From Candidatus Latescibacterota bacterium (lineage in GTDB: Bacteria > Latescibacterota > UBA2968 > UBA8231): a DNA stretch of 64,000 nt. How positions within the stretch are numbered: the stretch's first letter is position 1; each line of letters begins with the position of its first letter. Positions 61,647 to 64,000 of the stretch are shown here, one piece after another. The notes under the pieces were generated by a model. That model worked only from the letters and a program-made list of their open reading frames with translations, ran no database searches and had not been told where the DNA came from. The translations under genes and the position numbers were made by a program. The stretch spans positions 2,720,001 to 2,784,000 of the forward strand of contig OZ242318.1 of NCBI GenBank assembly GCA_965208105.1, given 5' to 3'.

Positions 61647-61713
61647 TCGTGCAGGTCCTGCGCTCGACGGGAATGAGCAAGAGGGGTCCCTCCGGTGAAT
61701 GGGAGTCCATAGG

Positions 61714-64000
61714 TTGAAAACAGGGCGAAGAGGAAGCGGGATCGGCCTGCTCTGGGTACTCGGGATGGCCTGGCGCGACAGCCGCAGCCATCGCAAACGC
61801 CTGCTCCTGTTCACCTCCTCTATTGCAGTCGGGACGGGGGCCCTGGTTGCGACTGCAAACCTGGAGGCCAATATGGAGGAGGCCGCAGACGAGCAGGCCA
61901 GAAGCCTTCTCGGAGCCGACCTGGCTCTCGTGGGAAGGCGGCCCTTTCCGGCGGAAGTGGAAGCGGTTATCGACTCGATCGGCGGCTCACAGTCCAGGCA
62001 GATCGATTTTTCATCCATGGTCCACTTCCCCAAAAGCGGAGGGACCCGGCTTGCCCGCGTCCGTGCCCTGGAGGGAGCCTTCCCCTACTACGGAGAGTTC
62101 GAGACGGTGCCGCGGCAAGCGGCCGCCAGCTTCCAAAGCGGTCGGAACGCCCTCGTCGACCAGAGTATGATGCTGCAGTTCGAAGCCCAGGTCGGCGACT
62201 CGGTCAGGGTGGGAAAACTGAAGTTTCGCATTGCCGGAAATCTGAAGAGGATACCGGGCGAAGTGGGGGCTATCGGACTGGTGGCTCCGCGTGTCTACAT
62301 ACCCTTGCGCTTCCTTCCCCGGACCGGCCTGGTCCAGCGCGGCAGCCAGGTCACCTACCGCGTCTATTTCAGGCTGGAAGAGGATGTAGACGCAGGCCAG
62401 CTGGCGCGGGAGCTGCAGCCGCAATTGACCAAACACAACCTTTCGGCCGAAACGGCCGCCCGGCGCCGGGACCGGACCGGACGCACCCTGGCCAACCTCT
62501 ACTACTTTCTCAATCTGGCTGGCTTTACCGCTCTGGTCCTCGGCAGTATGGGAATTGCCAGCTCCATACACACCTATGTGAAGCAGAAGGCAAACACTGT
62601 CGCCATTCTGCGCTGTCTTGGGGCCGGTGCCTGGCGGAGCATGGCGGTCTACCTTGTCCAGGCCGCCGCCATGGGGCTGCTTGGTGCCGCTTGTGGCTCC
62701 CTGATCGGGACCGGGGTGCTGTTCCTGCTTCCCGGTGTTCTGGGGGATTTTCTTCCGCTCGACATTGGGCTCAAGCCGTCCGCCTTGTCGATTGTCCAGG
62801 GGGTCGCCATCGGTCTTGGGATGTCTGTTCTCTTTGCCTTGCTCCCTTTGCTGGCGCTGCGCAGGGTCTCGCCGCTGCGGGCCCTGCGCTCTTCCTACGA
62901 GGAAAGCGAGCCCCCGTCCAGGGACCCTCTGCGCTGGCTGGTCTGCCTTGCCCTCGGCGCAGGTGTGGTTCTGCTCGCCCTGCTCCAGACCGGGAGCTGG
63001 ATACACGGGCTGAGCTTTGCCGCCTCCATAGCCGTCTCTTTTTCCTTGCTGGCTCTCCTGGGAAGGATCACAGCCCGCGGGGCGAAGAGATTTTTGCCCT
63101 CTTCCTTGAGCTATGTCTGGCGCCAGGGGCTGGCCAACCTCCACCGCCCGAACAACCAGACGGTAATGCTGATCGTAGTCCTGGGTCTTGTGACCTTTCT
63201 GATTTCCACATTCTATCTTGCCCGGTCCTCCCTCCTGGAGCGCATCTCCTTCGTCAGCGGTGGAGACCAGCCCAATCTGGTGCTTTTCGACATCCAGCCC
63301 GACCAGAAAAGGCAAGTCGCCGGTCTGCTCGACCATTTCGGCCTTCCACTCATGCAGCAAGTCCCCATCGTCACCATGCGCCTGGAGGAGATCAACGGCA
63401 GGCGGGTCGAAGAAATCCGCAACGACTCTTCCTCCACCCTTTCCAGGTGGGCGCTACGCTGGGAGTACCGTTCCACCTACAGAGACCGGCTGGTGGATAC
63501 CGAGACTCTCGTGGGGGGAGAGTGGAGGGGGCGTGTGGCCGGGGCCTCGGATACGGTGTTTGTATCGCTGGAGGAAGGGGTGGCGCTGGATCTGCAGGTG
63601 GAGGTGGGGGACGAGCTTGTCTTCGATGTGCAGGGACTTCCCATCCCCGTCGTCATCGGCAGTCTGCGCAAGGTCGAATGGCAGCGAATCAGCCCCAACT
63701 TCCTGGTGCTGTTTCCCGCAGGGGTGCTGGAAGAAGCCCCGCAGTTCTACGTAATGGTCACCCGCAGCAACTCCGAGGCGGAGGCCGCCGCCTTGCAGCG
63801 GGAAGCGGCGGAACTCCTTCCCAATGTTTCGATCATCGACTTGAAGCTCATTCTCGATACGGCGAACGCGGTCCTGGACGGCGCATCCCGGATCATCCGC
63901 TTAATGGCCTCGTTCAGTCTGGCGACAGGATTGATCGTCCTGGTTGCCGTGATCGTCAACGGCCGCTACCAGCGCCTCCAGGAAAGCGTGCTGCTGCAAA
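61714..64000 (+). CDS. ABC transporter permease (YbbP/FtsX-like), 3' truncated by the window; start uncertain (61699-61765)
   Basis: Hand translation MAWRDSRSHRKRLLLF..LLGADL..FPYYG..AILRCLGA..LANLHRPNNQT..PNLVLFDIQPDQ..RKVEW..PNF; open to the window end. Confidence 0.88.
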   Translation, partial: MKTGRRGSGIGLLWVLGMAWRDSRSHRKRLLLFTSSIAVGTGALVATANLEANMEEAADEQARSLLGADLALVGRRPFPAEVEAVIDSIGGSQSRQIDFSSMVHFPKSGGTRLARVRALEGAFPYYGEFETVPRQAAASFQSGRNALVDQSMMLQFEAQVGDSVRVGKLKFRIAGNLKRIPGEVGAIGLVAPRVYIPLRFLPRTGLVQRGSQVTYRVYFRLEEDVDAGQLARELQPQLTKHNLSAETAARRRDRTGRTLANLYYFLNLAGFTALVLGSMGIASSIHTYVKQKANTVAILRCLGAGAWRSMAVYLVQAAAMGLLGAACGSLIGTGVLFLLPGVLGDFLPLDIGLKPSALSIVQGVAIGLGMSVLFALLPLLALRRVSPLRALRSSYEESEPPSRDPLRWLVCLALGAGVVLLALLQTGSWIHGLSFAASIAVSFSLLALLGRITARGAKRFLPSSLSYVWRQGLANLHRPNNQTVMLIVVLGLVTFLISTFYLARSSLLERISFVSGGDQPNLVLFDIQPDQKRQVAGLLDHFGLPLMQQVPIVTMRLEEINGRRVEEIRNDSSSTLSRWALRWEYRSTYRDRLVDTETLVGGEWRGRVAGASDTVFVSLEEGVALDLQVEVGDELVFDVQGLPIPVVIGSLRKVEWQRISPNFLVLFPAGVLEEAPQFYVMVTRSNSEAEAAALQREAAELLPNVSIIDLKLILDTANAVLDGASRIIRLMASFSLATGLIVLVAVIVNGRYQRLQESVLLQ

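Overview
GC-rich bacterial chromosomal segment. The FlgD-like 'NYPNPFNP' C-terminal domains and multiple PhyH genes suggest an FCB-group lineage such as Latescibacterota (inference only). The backbone carries rseP-cdsA-uppS, dusB, LysR/ino1, an ECF sigma factor with a long C-terminal extension, a HlyD-VTC-DUF4956 operon facing two CotH-family proteins, a VPS10-type beta-propeller protein, a transketolase-like enzyme, a frameshifted EndoQ-UvrD fusion, PhyH dioxygenases and a YbbA/YbbP-like ABC transporter. The standout element is a ~12.9 kb, visibly more AT-rich integron-type cassette array (18400-31332). It has 13 attC-like sites, 13 minus-strand cassettes and an attI-like head, but no integrase in the window (CALIN-like). 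Its recombination sites are atypical. The cores are mostly not GTTRRRY but have an invariant G at position 8. Each cassette has its own 13-27 nt terminal inverted repeat, usually with a G-T pair at position 11, and the ends resemble 11-bp Xer-type arms. The attC interiors are modular multi-hairpin structures. One cassette carries a two-gene folate operon fragment, and three cassettes are inactivated (16-bp duplication, a frameshift best explained by a 4-bp loss, IS630 insertion). Two CTAG-flanked ~168-bp MITE-like elements share a covarying structured core but have different TIRs. All calls come from reading the sequence and recognising motifs; no database searches were run.
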